The notes under the pieces: model-generated
What the model was told of the DNA's origin: nothing
What the model saw: only the letters and a program-made list of their open reading frames with translations
Databases searched by the model: none
NCBI GenBank assembly: GCA_963693115.1
Contig: OY843750.1
Location: forward strand, 60,306-124,305
Source: Spirochaetia bacterium
Lineage (GTDB): Bacteria; Spirochaetota; Spirochaetia; WTKD01; G963693115
Length of the DNA stretch: 64,000 bases
Reading direction: 5' to 3'
Position numbers and translations under genes: made by a program
Shown: one piece after another, positions 21,070 through 31,119 of the stretch
Position numbering within the stretch: the stretch's first letter is position 1
Layout of the letters: each line of letters begins with the position of its first letter

Positions 21070-21101
21070 TAGGGCATATTTCGTTTGCTGAATATGCCCT
21101 A
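21070..21101. terminator. Perfect 11-bp stem hairpin (tagggcatatt / aatatgcccta) in convergent intergenic region
   Basis: Preceded by a T-rich stretch on the + strand. Located between the 3' ends of hppA (+) and the DUF285 lipoprotein gene (-). Possible bidirectional terminator. Confidence 0.35.
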
Positions 21102-21192
21102 CTTTAATGGAATCAATAAGCATGTAGTAATAGGGTATGGATACTTTTTACAGTACCTTGCAATCTATTTCTGATATGGTGGATTTTGTCTT

Positions 21193-22071
21193 TTACCATG
21201 GCGCAGTAAATGAATCACACTTTGTACCAGTATTCTTAAATGTGTCTGTCTTCGTGACGTCATCTTTTAGCTTTGGTCCCCACGCAGTGAGATTTTGGCA
21301 AAAGCCACTTGCATCCTGAAACATATAACTCACACTAGTGAGTGCTGAGACATTCCACTTGCTTATGTCTTGGTCAAATGCTATCGCTCCATTAAACATA
21401 CGGGCCATATTAGTAACCGCTGAGACAGTCCACCCGCTTATGTCTTGGTTAAATGCTTTTGTGCTCTTAAACATACCAGCCATATTGGTAACCTTTGAGA
21501 CATCCCACTTGCTTATGTCTTGGCTAAAGGCACTAGCATCACTAAACATATAAGCCATGTCCTCAACCGCTGAGACATTCCATTCCCCTATGTCTTGGTT
21601 AAAGGCACCAGCATAACTAAACATGCTGTTCATGTCAGTAACCTGTGAGACGTCCCAGTCTCCTATATCTCGATTAAAGGCAGAGCCACTTGGTGACTCA
21701 AACATTCTACTCATACTAGTAACACCTGAGACATCCCAACACTCTATCCTACCATTGAATGTTGTTTTATTTTGAAACAATTCGTCCATATTTGTTATCT
21801 TTGAGGTGTCAATGTAGTTTAAATCTGCTTCAGGACCCTTGACAGCAAGAGCACTGGTTATCTCTGTAACAAGATCTGTCTTGGCATCAGGGGTCACGGT
21901 GGTCTTTACAGTATCACAGTAGCTAGGGTCACCATTACCATTACCAGCACCAGCACCATCGGGGTCATCGCTACACGAAAGCATAGCCATTATAAATAGT
22001 ACACATAGTGCTATGTATCCACACATCTTGTAGAGATGCGTTACCGTAATGCGGTTGTTATGAATGATCAT
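21193..22071 (-). CDS. Surface lipoprotein with 25-26-residue FNQDI..WDVS..VT.M..MF repeats (DUF285 / Liste_lipo_26-type; in databases often named BspA-family surface protein), 292 aa
   Basis: Signal and lipobox (AMLSCSDDPD), Gly/Asn-rich linker, then about 6 repeats of FNQDISKWDVSKVTNMAGMF. The N- and C-termini are near-identical at nucleotide level to the neighbouring paralog. RBS ggagaaaaataagtATG. Confidence 0.8.
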   Translation of the reverse strand: MIIHNNRITVTHLYKMCGYIALCVLFIMAMLSCSDDPDGAGAGNGNGDPSYCDTVKTTVTPDAKTDLVTEITSALAVKGPEADLNYIDTSKITNMDELFQNKTTFNGRIECWDVSGVTSMSRMFESPSGSAFNRDIGDWDVSQVTDMNSMFSYAGAFNQDIGEWNVSAVEDMAYMFSDASAFSQDISKWDVSKVTNMAGMFKSTKAFNQDISGWTVSAVTNMARMFNGAIAFDQDISKWNVSALTSVSYMFQDASGFCQNLTAWGPKLKDDVTKTDTFKNTGTKCDSFTAPW

Positions 22072-22426
22072 ACTTATTTTTCTCCTTATTTTATTTTATA
22101 TATTATTTTATTTTATTGCTTTTTGGGTTTCTATTGGGTTTTGTTTGGCTTCTTTTCTCGAAAACCTTTGCTCTTCTTGCATTGGTGGCTATTTGTTCTT
22201 TTTGCATAGATGCTACTTCTTTTAAGATACTACCCGTCTTGCAAATATTACCTTTGTTTACTTATATTATATCCACACTATTTAGTGTGGATACTTACTT
22301 TACAGTGCTTTATAAGCTATATTCTTTCTAGCAATAGCAGATACTACCAACTGTATCAAACTCCACATCAAGTTAAGCTAATGTTCTAGGATTGCTTCTT
22401 CCTCACGCCGTATGCTACGACAGATT

Positions 22427-23683
22427 TTACCATGGCGCAGTAAATGAATTACACTTTGTACCAGTATTCTTAAATGTGTCTATCTTCGTGACGTCATCTT
22501 TTAGCTTTGGTCCCCACGCAGTGAGATTTTGGCAAAAGCCACTTGCATCCTGAAACATATAACTCACACTAGTGAGTGCTCTGACATCCCACTTGCTTAT
22601 GTCTTGGTTAAAGGCTATCGCTCCATTAAACATATAAGTCATATTAGTAACCGCTGAGACATTCCATTCTCTTATATCTTGGTTAAATGCTTCTGTTTCA
22701 GCAAACATAGAACCCATGGTGGTAACCTTTCCTACATCCCAGCCCTTGATATCTCCATTAAATGCTACTGCTTCAGAAAACATATTACTCATATCATCAA
22801 CCGCTGAGACATCCCACTTGCCTATGTCTTGGTTAAAGGCTATCGCTCCATTAAACATCCAAGACATATTAGTAACCGCTGAGACAGTCCACCCGCTTAT
22901 GTCTTGGTTAAATGCTTTTGCGCTCTGAAACATACCAGCCATATTGGTAACCTTTGAGACATCCCACTTGCTTATGTCTTGGTTAAAGGCACTAGCATAA
23001 CTAAACATATAAGCCATGTCTTTGACCGCTGATGAGATATTCCATTTGCTTATATCTTGGTTAAATACTTGTGCTCCAGAAAACATAGCAGTCATATTCT
23101 CAACCGCTGAGACATTCCACTTGCTTATGTCTTGGTTAAATGCTACTGCTTCAGAAAACATATTACTCATGTCCTCAACCGCTGAGACATTCCATTTGCT
23201 TATGTCTTGGTTAAAGGCACCAGCATAACTAAACATGCTGCTCATGTCAGTAACCTGTGAGACGTCCCAGTCTCCTATATCTCGATTAAAGGCAGAGCCA
23301 CTTGGTGACTCAAACATTCTACGCATACTAGTAACACCTGAGACATCCCAACACTCTATCCTACCATTAAATGTTGTTTTATTTTGAAACAATTCGTCCA
23401 TATTTGTTATCTTTGAGGTGTCAATGTAGTTTAAATCTGCTTCAGGACCATTGGCCTTAAGAGCATTGGTTATCTCTTCATCAAGATCTGTCCTGGCATC
23501 AGGGGTCACGGTGGTCTTTACAGTATCACAGTAGCTAGGGTCACCATTACCATTACCAGCACCAGCACCATCGGGGTCATCGCTACACGAAAGCATAGCC
23601 ATTATAAATAGTACACATAGTGCTATGTATCCACACATCTTGTAGAGATGCGTTACTGTAATGCGGTTGTTATGAATGATCAT
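22427..23683 (-). CDS. Surface lipoprotein paralog with about 11 FNQDI/WDVS repeats (DUF285-type), about 418 aa
   Basis: Same N-terminus (MIIHNNRITVTHLYKMCGYIALCVLFIMAMLSCSDDPDGAGAGNGNGDPSYCDTVKTTVTPDA) and C-terminus (CQNLTAWGPKLKDDVTK.DTFKNTGTKC.SFTAPW) as the 21193-22071 gene, with more internal repeats. The listed ORF extends to 23737, but the ATG at 23683 has the RBS and matches the paralog. Confidence 0.8.
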   Translation of the reverse strand: MIIHNNRITVTHLYKMCGYIALCVLFIMAMLSCSDDPDGAGAGNGNGDPSYCDTVKTTVTPDARTDLDEEITNALKANGPEADLNYIDTSKITNMDELFQNKTTFNGRIECWDVSGVTSMRRMFESPSGSAFNRDIGDWDVSQVTDMSSMFSYAGAFNQDISKWNVSAVEDMSNMFSEAVAFNQDISKWNVSAVENMTAMFSGAQVFNQDISKWNISSAVKDMAYMFSYASAFNQDISKWDVSKVTNMAGMFQSAKAFNQDISGWTVSAVTNMSWMFNGAIAFNQDIGKWDVSAVDDMSNMFSEAVAFNGDIKGWDVGKVTTMGSMFAETEAFNQDIREWNVSAVTNMTYMFNGAIAFNQDISKWDVRALTSVSYMFQDASGFCQNLTAWGPKLKDDVTKIDTFKNTGTKCNSFTAPW

Positions 23684-23953
23684 ACTTATTTTTCTCCTAT
23701 TTTTTTTTGGATTTTTTTGGATTTTACTTATACTCATTGTACTATTTTTTACCTATTATACCATCTGTTTTTTACTAAGTGGTGAGTAGGTTAATCGAGA
23801 TCAAGAAAACAAAAAATACCAAAGATTTTTAAGCAAACGTATTCTCATTACTACGCTCCCCCTTGTATGCAAACCATTAAATACGCAAGCCTCCGTTATT
23901 ATCGCTGTCTCTGACCTCAGGTCATTATTAATTTTACCTTGGGTTGAGAACCT

Positions 23954-26947
23954 TTACTCTACTGAATCTAGTATGGATGCGAGTTTTTTTGTGGTTTCAA
24001 CGAGGGTTTCGTATTGTAAACGAATCTTTTCTCTGTACTCAGGTTTTGCTTTCTGGGTAAATTGTGGATTTGACAGTTGCTTTGAAAGACTCTTTTCTTG
24101 CTCATGCAACTTGCTCAATCGTGAACGAATAAGCTGAGTTTGTGCACTAAAATCATAGTCATCATTCGTAATATATACACGCGCCTCAAAAAAAGATCCC
24201 ACTACTTTTATACTTTGGCACTCCCTGTTTTCAGAGTCAAGCAATTTTATCAAAGCCAAAAATTCTATAAGGTCCTTATGCTTATAGATGCTCACATTAT
24301 CCTTGAGTTCAACAAAACATACGTCTAGCTTCAGTTTTTTTGGCAACTGCAGTTCGCTACGCACACGGCGTAGCTCTGAAATAAGTTCTTGCAATTCGCT
24401 TATCTCTGTTGCCTCTCGTGACTTCGACATCTCCCTTGTTTCTGTTTTCTTTTGTGTGTTATCACCTGTACTAAAGTGAGGTAGCACTATATTTGTTATG
24501 TCGTGGCAAAACGTATCGGGATGATCAATATGAGGATAGGCCTCAGCAGCAAGTACATGACGAATATCTGAATCAAAGGGAAAGCGATCCTGCAATAGTT
24601 GATAAATTTTTTCGGTAACGAAGGGAATAAAAGGATGCAAAAGTCTGAGTGATTGCTGGAGCACCACAAGTAAGACAGTAGCGCTGGATTGTATACGCGT
24701 TCCATCGGTTGCTGCTTTGCTTGTTTTGGGCTTACTTGTTTTGTCTGCCCTGTCTTTGTTAAAGTCATCTTCTACTTGAATATAAAATTTAGAAAACTCA
24801 ATATACCAATCACAAAAGCTATTCCAAAAAAATTTATATACTTCGTGTGCCGCCTCATCAACTCGATATTGTGACATCGCACGTTCCACCACGCGTGCAC
24901 AGTCTTGTAGTTCTCCTACTATCCACCTGTCTACAAGCTTAAGATGTTTACTCTTGAGCACCTCTTTGTACTCCATTATCTCACCGCTACCACCTAGAAC
25001 ATTCTCACACGAGGCGAGTACAAAGCGAGAAGCATTCCAGACCTTGGTAACAAATTTAGTTCCAAGCTGAAAACTATCCTTGCTTATAAGTACATCACGT
25101 CCTTGAGCGCACATATACACGAGGGTAAATCGGAGGGCATCTGGTCCAATTTCATGTATAAGTTCTATCGGATCAATTCCGTTACCCAGCGATTTGCTCA
25201 TCTTGCGACCCTGAGCATCACGTACAAGACCATGCAAATAGATATGTTTAAACGGCACTAGCCCCGTAAATTCTATCCCTGCCATAATCATGCGTGCTAC
25301 CCAGAAAAATATGATATCGTAAGCCGTCACCAGACTTGTATTGGGATAATATTTTATAAATTCTTTGGTATGTTGTGGCCAGCCTATAGTTGAGAGTGGC
25401 CAAAGCCACGAAGAAAACCATGTATCGAGTACATTTTTATCTTGTACATAGCTATTTTTTTCTAGACCCTTTTTATCACTCGGATCAGATATTGAAACAA
25501 TGGCTTCACCCGTCTCGCGATGATACCATACAGGAATTCGATGTCCCCACCATAACTGGCGCGAGATACACCAGTCTCGTACATGGGTAAGCCAGTGTTC
25601 AAATGTTTTTTCCCAAGTCTGGGGATAAAATACAATATCTCCCCTCTTCCAGGCCTGTAGTGCCTTTTGAGCCATATCATGCATACGTACGTACCATTGT
25701 TCAGAAAGCAAAAATTGAACAACCGTGCCTGTTCGGTGGCAGTGCCCCACCTGATGTACATGTGGCTTTGTGCATACGAGGTGCCCTTCTTGCTCGAGGA
25801 CCTCGATGATTTTGCTACGCGCCTCTCCTACGCTAAGACCTCGATATTCGTTGGGAATATCTCCCTGCATGCAAGCATGTTCATCGATAACGCTCATAAA
25901 TGCAAGTTCATGTGCAATTCCAAGCGCATAGTCATTCTTGTCATGTGCAGGGGTGACTTTTACTGCACCGGTTCCAAATTCTTGAGAAACGCGGGCATCT
26001 GCAATGAGTGGTACTATTCTCCCACACACTGGTATCCTCACGCTATATCCTTGTTCTACAAAATCAACGTAACGCGGATCTTCGGGATGTACGGCAACTG
26101 CAGTATCCCCCAGCAGGGTTTCGGGACGTGTTGTTGCGATCTGTATGTGGCGTACTTTTGTCTCATTTTTTATGTTTTGAGCTATGTCTGTTTTATGTAT
26201 GCGATCTTGTTGACTAGTTACATTCAAGGCAGAAGGTGGCACCAGTTGATAGTTAATATAGTACAAGTGCCCTTGTACTTCTTTGTATTCGACTTCGTCA
26301 TCACTGAGCGCTGTTCCTGCCCCCGGAGACCAGTTGACTAAGTAGTTGCCCTTGTATATCAGCCCCCTATCATACAGTGTCTTAAAACAATGAAATACGG
26401 CCTGCGCTCTTTTTTCATCAAGAGTAAAACTATATCGACCCAAGTCAAATGAGGCACCAAGCATCTCAAATTGCATGAGTATGGTATCCTTATTTTTTTC
26501 TGCAAATTGTTTTGTGTATTCCCAAAAAGCGGTGCGCCCGAGTGCTTCCTTTGTTTTGTGTTTTGACTTTAGTTCGGCTTCTACTTTTTGCTGGGTTGCA
26601 ATGCCTGCATGATCAGTGCCTGGTAGCCACAATACCTCCCTGCCCAACATACGATTAAACCGTATTATGGAGTCTTGTACCGTACAATTTAGACCGTGCC
26701 CCATGTGCAGTATTCCCGTTAAATTTGGGGGAGGAAGGACTAGAACATAGGGCTCTAACCGAGGAGAGGTAATGCGATGAGAATTCTTTTGTACTTTGGA
26801 TGATTGATTCACATTGCGCATTTGCTCGGAATATGCCAAAGCAGAATACGACAAGGTTCGCACTATATCAGGATTAGCTATGTTTACGCTATTCCATAGA
26901 GCACTTATTTCTGCTCTACTACTCTCAAAATCAAAGCGCGAATCCAT
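23954..26947 (-). CDS. valS: Valine--tRNA ligase
   Basis: HIGH-type motif PPPNLTGILHMGHGLN, KMSKS motif (KMSKSLGN), and a C-terminal coiled-coil. The listed ORF extends to 26983; start assigned at MDSRFDF. Confidence 0.92.
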   Translation of the reverse strand: MDSRFDFESSRAEISALWNSVNIANPDIVRTLSYSALAYSEQMRNVNQSSKVQKNSHRITSPRLEPYVLVLPPPNLTGILHMGHGLNCTVQDSIIRFNRMLGREVLWLPGTDHAGIATQQKVEAELKSKHKTKEALGRTAFWEYTKQFAEKNKDTILMQFEMLGASFDLGRYSFTLDEKRAQAVFHCFKTLYDRGLIYKGNYLVNWSPGAGTALSDDEVEYKEVQGHLYYINYQLVPPSALNVTSQQDRIHKTDIAQNIKNETKVRHIQIATTRPETLLGDTAVAVHPEDPRYVDFVEQGYSVRIPVCGRIVPLIADARVSQEFGTGAVKVTPAHDKNDYALGIAHELAFMSVIDEHACMQGDIPNEYRGLSVGEARSKIIEVLEQEGHLVCTKPHVHQVGHCHRTGTVVQFLLSEQWYVRMHDMAQKALQAWKRGDIVFYPQTWEKTFEHWLTHVRDWCISRQLWWGHRIPVWYHRETGEAIVSISDPSDKKGLEKNSYVQDKNVLDTWFSSWLWPLSTIGWPQHTKEFIKYYPNTSLVTAYDIIFFWVARMIMAGIEFTGLVPFKHIYLHGLVRDAQGRKMSKSLGNGIDPIELIHEIGPDALRFTLVYMCAQGRDVLISKDSFQLGTKFVTKVWNASRFVLASCENVLGGSGEIMEYKEVLKSKHLKLVDRWIVGELQDCARVVERAMSQYRVDEAAHEVYKFFWNSFCDWYIEFSKFYIQVEDDFNKDRADKTSKPKTSKAATDGTRIQSSATVLLVVLQQSLRLLHPFIPFVTEKIYQLLQDRFPFDSDIRHVLAAEAYPHIDHPDTFCHDITNIVLPHFSTGDNTQKKTETREMSKSREATEISELQELISELRRVRSELQLPKKLKLDVCFVELKDNVSIYKHKDLIEFLALIKLLDSENRECQSIKVVGSFFEARVYITNDDYDFSAQTQLIRSRLSKLHEQEKSLSKQLSNPQFTQKAKPEYREKIRLQYETLVETTKKLASILDSVE

Positions 26948-27129
26948 ATAAAAATTATAATGTATCAATTTCACAAGTACCAAAATCGCATGTCGAGTTA
27001 TTATACCTTTTGCTATGCCACCAACTCTATGTACCTTATCAGCACACTACGCGTGTACAAATAACCTACAAAATTGTCATAAAAAAGTTAGCCTTGACTA
27101 AAAATACTATTTCCACAATACTAATAGTT

Positions 27130-28200
27130 ATGAGAAACAACTATAACCTTATTGTCATATGCTTTTTCATCCTTTTGTGCTCTGCTTTCCAGAGCTTTGC
27201 ACGAGGACTTCAAGAAACTCCTTCACTTGAAGAAACTCAAGAAACACCTACCCCACTTGTTGTCTACTCAAGTAGACATTATCGATCGGACAAACAGGTG
27301 TATAACTCTTTTACAAAGAAAACAGGAATACCCGTACTTCAGTTAGAAGCAAAGGCAGCAGAACTAATACAGAAAATAAAATTTGAAGGCACTACAAGCG
27401 AAGCAGACATTCTTATAACTTCAGAAATCGCAAGCCTGTATTTTGCAAAACAAGAAAAAATACTGGATACCTTCACCTTGCCTGAGGATATAGCTCTCGT
27501 ATCACCGCTCCTCTTTGATAACGAGCAACAGTGGGTGGCAATTACCATACGACCACGCGTTATGGTCTATGATAGTGAAACACAAATACCGACTATCAAA
27601 AGCTTTAGAGAATTAGTAAACAGCGACTATAGAGTACTCACTCGTTCGTCTTCTAATCCCTATAACATAGGGCTTATATCAGCACTACTATCTTACTACG
27701 GAATAGAAACTACAGAGTCCATGATTCGTAACTTAACAAAACAATTTGCGCGTCGACCTACCGGAAACGACAGAGATCAGATGAAAAGCCTCGTTAGTGG
27801 TACTGGCGATATTGCAATTGTCAATAGCTACTATATTGGGCTCCTTATAGATTCGAGTGATCCTACCGAGCAAGCAGTTGGGAGACGTATGCGAGTCATT
27901 ACCCACGAGCATGGCACAGAACCCAGTGTTTTTTACAATATAAGCGCTGCGGGAATAGTCAAGACCTCAAAACAAAAAGAAGTCGCACAGTTGTTCATCA
28001 AGCATCTGCTATCCAAAGAAAGTCAACAAACATACACAGAGCTAAACTATGAGTATCCTGTAAGAACAGAGGTAAGCCCAAATCAAGTCATGAATGCCTG
28101 GGGAACGGTATACCTTGACGATTCTGTACAAGACTTTAATGAATATGGCAGACTGGCAACCCGTGCCCTTGCGCTTGCTCAAAAACATAACTGGCAATAG
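27130..28200 (+). CDS. ABC transporter periplasmic substrate-binding protein (Fe3+/AfuA-FbpA-like family)
   Basis: N-terminal signal peptide (MRNNYNLIVICFFILLCSAFQSFA). Family-1 solute-binding fold pattern. Followed by a fused two-domain permease and an ATPase, typical of AfuABC/FbpABC loci. Confidence 0.65.
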   Translation: MRNNYNLIVICFFILLCSAFQSFARGLQETPSLEETQETPTPLVVYSSRHYRSDKQVYNSFTKKTGIPVLQLEAKAAELIQKIKFEGTTSEADILITSEIASLYFAKQEKILDTFTLPEDIALVSPLLFDNEQQWVAITIRPRVMVYDSETQIPTIKSFRELVNSDYRVLTRSSSNPYNIGLISALLSYYGIETTESMIRNLTKQFARRPTGNDRDQMKSLVSGTGDIAIVNSYYIGLLIDSSDPTEQAVGRRMRVITHEHGTEPSVFYNISAAGIVKTSKQKEVAQLFIKHLLSKESQQTYTELNYEYPVRTEVSPNQVMNAWGTVYLDDSVQDFNEYGRLATRALALAQKHNWQ

Positions 28201-28243
28201 ACACTCTCGTGTACACAAAAAATAGTCATCCTGTTCGCATCGT

Positions 28244-29818
28244 ATGGTAATAAAAAACACGACATACGTCTTGCGCTATCGGCATTGGCTTATTCCAGCA
28301 TATCTCCTCGCACTGCTATGTTTTATTGTACTGCTCTCTCTTGTGATTACCGGGTTTCGTTCAGACAATGCAATAGAACTCTTGTCTGCCTTTGGGCTTG
28401 CATCCTACGCACGTAATACCCTACTCGTTGGAATTCCTGTTTTACTTATAACACAAATCTTAGGCATTGGATTTGCTCGACTATTTGTACAATATCGCTT
28501 TTTTGGACGACGGTTGCTTTTTGTTCTGTTAATCCTCCCTATGGCAATACCCAGCTATATATATGCCTTTTTGGGTCTTGACATGCTCCAATACGGCGGG
28601 ACATTGTATAAAACAGGACTTGAAACCGCTTCATTCCTACAGCTAGATGCCTCGTACTTCTTATTGGTACTTTCCCTCACTCTCTCAAACTATCCCTATG
28701 TGTTTATCTTTGCGCATACCTATTTTTCAAGACATTCTAAGGCCATGTTTGATGCTACCACATGCCTTCGGGCAAGCTCTTGGCATATATTTACAAAAAT
28801 AGAGCTTCCTCTCTATAAACCTGTAATTACTGTTTCTTCGCTCATTATATTTTTTGAGTATATAAACGAATTTGCAGCGCATAACTATCTCGGCTATCCC
28901 AGCTTGAGTTCTGTATTATACAAGGTATGGTACGAGCTTGGCTCTTTTGAAAGCGCCGCAATGATGTCGATTATTCTGAGTATCCCAAGTGTTATTTTTC
29001 TATCGCTCTACCTAAAACGATCCTTTCTCAATTATGGTACCCAAAGTCATGCATTACCAAAAATACATCCACGCCCCACTAGAACTGGTCTTACTGCACT
29101 CATTTATATTGCCTGCAGTGCTCTCATTGTGGTGGGGGTGGTGGCGCCTATGCGCGAGCTAGTGCAGTGGAGCATACTATATATACGACTACAAGATCTT
29201 ACTCGCCTATTCAAAGCAACGATCAATACCCTGAGTTATATCGGTATCGTACTCACTCTCACAACCATTGTATCTACCATTACAAGCTATGGGCTTCATC
29301 TCAACAAGCGATGGAATGCTCCCGTGTTACTGATTTTACTCTTCTTACCCTATGCGCTACCTGGCACTGTATACGCAATCTCTGTACTTGCAACGGGGAC
29401 AAGCCTTGGCATGAGCAGGCTATCCATAGGAAATATGAACCTGCTTTTCATAGGTGCCACCATGCTTCGCTTTGTCTCAGTACCCCTGCGCACAACGAGC
29501 CTTGCCCTTTTTCAACGTAATTCTCGCTACGAAGAAGTAGCGCGAAGTCAAGGTCTTTCTCCACATTCTGTTTTTTTTCGGCTTGTAGTACCACTTGAAT
29601 TTCCTTTTATTGTCGCAGCTTCGCTCTTTGTAGTATTAGACCTCATAAGAGAACTACCCATCACGCTCGCCTTGCGGACTATTCAATTTGAATCTATTGC
29701 CGTTTATATTTATACCCTCGTCGAAAATGCACAAATACACTCTGTTGCACTCCCTAGCCTTGTACTTGTTACAATAGGATTAATTGCAAGTAGTATTCTT
29801 TCACAAAGAACAGTATGA
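28244..29818 (+). CDS. ABC transporter permease, fused two-domain (AfuB/FbpB-like)
   Basis: 524 aa with about 12 predicted TM helices in two homologous halves. Overlaps the ATPase gene start. Confidence 0.7.
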   Translation: MVIKNTTYVLRYRHWLIPAYLLALLCFIVLLSLVITGFRSDNAIELLSAFGLASYARNTLLVGIPVLLITQILGIGFARLFVQYRFFGRRLLFVLLILPMAIPSYIYAFLGLDMLQYGGTLYKTGLETASFLQLDASYFLLVLSLTLSNYPYVFIFAHTYFSRHSKAMFDATTCLRASSWHIFTKIELPLYKPVITVSSLIIFFEYINEFAAHNYLGYPSLSSVLYKVWYELGSFESAAMMSIILSIPSVIFLSLYLKRSFLNYGTQSHALPKIHPRPTRTGLTALIYIACSALIVVGVVAPMRELVQWSILYIRLQDLTRLFKATINTLSYIGIVLTLTTIVSTITSYGLHLNKRWNAPVLLILLFLPYALPGTVYAISVLATGTSLGMSRLSIGNMNLLFIGATMLRFVSVPLRTTSLALFQRNSRYEEVARSQGLSPHSVFFRLVVPLEFPFIVAASLFVVLDLIRELPITLALRTIQFESIAVYIYTLVENAQIHSVALPSLVLVTIGLIASSILSQRTV

Positions 29819-30951
29819 AAAAAAATGATTGCTCAGGTCTCACACTACGTTCTCTCTGTTTTTCTTATAGCACCTCTACATCTTCTTGCATCCATGGTAT
29901 ATCACTAAATATTGTACCCCAAGAGGTATTTGTACTCGCAGGAGAAAGCGGTTCAGGTAAAACAACATTATTACGCTTAATTGCAGGCTTTGAATCGCCA
30001 ACACAAGGAAGCATTGTGTTCAACAATAAAACGTTTTATGACTCTCAGACCAATATCCCCGTAGAAAAAAGAAACCTCGGATACCTTGCACAAGAAACAG
30101 CACTTTTTCCCCATCTTACTGTCATACAAAATGTAGAATTTGGGTTATCATATCTCAAAGCTCGCGATCGACGAAAAGAAGCACTCAGACTCCTATCCCT
30201 CGTTAGAATGGAGCCTTATGCGGATCGGTATCCTCACCAAATCTCTGGTGGACAAGTACAGCGCTGCGCACTTGTTCGCATGCTCGCTCCAAAACCAGAC
30301 ATACTTTTACTTGACGAACCATTTGGAAATCTTGATAATCAACTAAAACACGACCTCCTCTTAGAGCTACGAACACTTTTGCATACACTACACGTCACCA
30401 CTATCTGCGTGACGCATGACTCCGAGGAGATATTTTTGCTGGGTGATCGTGCCGCGATCATAAAAAACGGAAGACTTGAACAATGTGATACCATCGATAC
30501 TTTATTTTCTAAACCACGTACTCGATACGTAGCTCGATATCTTGGTAAAGAAAATATTTTTATACCACGCAAACTGAGCAGTGGTAATAGTTATAGCACG
30601 CCCTTTGGAATAATTCATAATATGCCTCTTTCGTGTACCGCACGAGAAGAATACCTTGTTCGACCACACCACATACGGCTTACTGCTATCAATAATACGA
30701 CATATCAAAAAAAAGTAGCACATATACAGTCAAAAGATGGCCATGACGAACGCACTGACCTCGGTCGAATACTGTCTATTCGTTTTGCAGGATTTTACTA
30801 CGCAATACGCTTTGAAAGTCTTAATCCAATTTATCGTGGGGCACATTTTGAGGTGTTTTGCACGCATTACGATGCTATGCTCAAACCCGGGGTACTCATA
30901 AGGGTTCGTCTGATTTCAAAAAACGTACTCCACAAGATCTATAGATACTAG
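29815..30951 (+). CDS. ABC transporter ATP-binding protein (AfuC/FbpC/PotA-like)
   Basis: Walker A GESGSGKTT, ABC signature ISGGQVQRCAL, Walker B LLLDEP, H-loop VTHD. C-terminal regulatory/TOBE-like domain. Confidence 0.85.
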   Translation: MKKNDCSGLTLRSLCFSYSTSTSSCIHGISLNIVPQEVFVLAGESGSGKTTLLRLIAGFESPTQGSIVFNNKTFYDSQTNIPVEKRNLGYLAQETALFPHLTVIQNVEFGLSYLKARDRRKEALRLLSLVRMEPYADRYPHQISGGQVQRCALVRMLAPKPDILLLDEPFGNLDNQLKHDLLLELRTLLHTLHVTTICVTHDSEEIFLLGDRAAIIKNGRLEQCDTIDTLFSKPRTRYVARYLGKENIFIPRKLSSGNSYSTPFGIIHNMPLSCTAREEYLVRPHHIRLTAINNTTYQKKVAHIQSKDGHDERTDLGRILSIRFAGFYYAIRFESLNPIYRGAHFEVFCTHYDAMLKPGVLIRVRLISKNVLHKIYRY

Positions 30952-31044
30952 TTACACACGACGATCTAACAAAGACCAGGATCTTTTACCACTACTATAA
31001 AAAAAAGTTAGAAAAGCTCTTGACAAAAAAGAGTTAGTCGATAA

Positions 31045-31090
31045 TACTATATATAGACTCTAAATACAAAAGTAGTACTATATATGTACT
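31045..31090. promoter_or_regulatory. Two AT-rich palindromes spaced about 30 bp apart upstream of nrdA (candidate NrdR boxes)
   Basis: ctatatatag (31047-31056) and the perfect 17-bp palindrome agtactatatatgtact (31074-31090). Tandem palindromic boxes of this type at about 3-turn spacing upstream of nrd operons are the known NrdR operator arrangement. Confidence 0.3.
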
Positions 31091-31119
31091 AAATATGGAG
31101 TCTATCATATGCCGTATTA

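Noticed and set aside
21338-21553. Plus-strand ORFs (21338-21553, 22716-22928, 23016-23228) and minus-strand ORFs (62813-63304, 63329-63727, 63743-63973) with repeated LLMSWLNA-like peptides
   Set aside because: They are antisense reading frames through the FNQDI/WDVS nucleotide repeats of the DUF285-type lipoprotein genes. Their periodicity simply mirrors the sense-strand repeat. No start context or independent signals.
23684-23737. N-terminal extension MSISKIQKNPKKNRRKIS of the long DUF285 paralog
   Set aside because: It reads through the A-rich leader (Lys/Asn codons). The paralog starts at the conserved MIIHNN with an identical RBS, so the extension is very likely untranslated leader.
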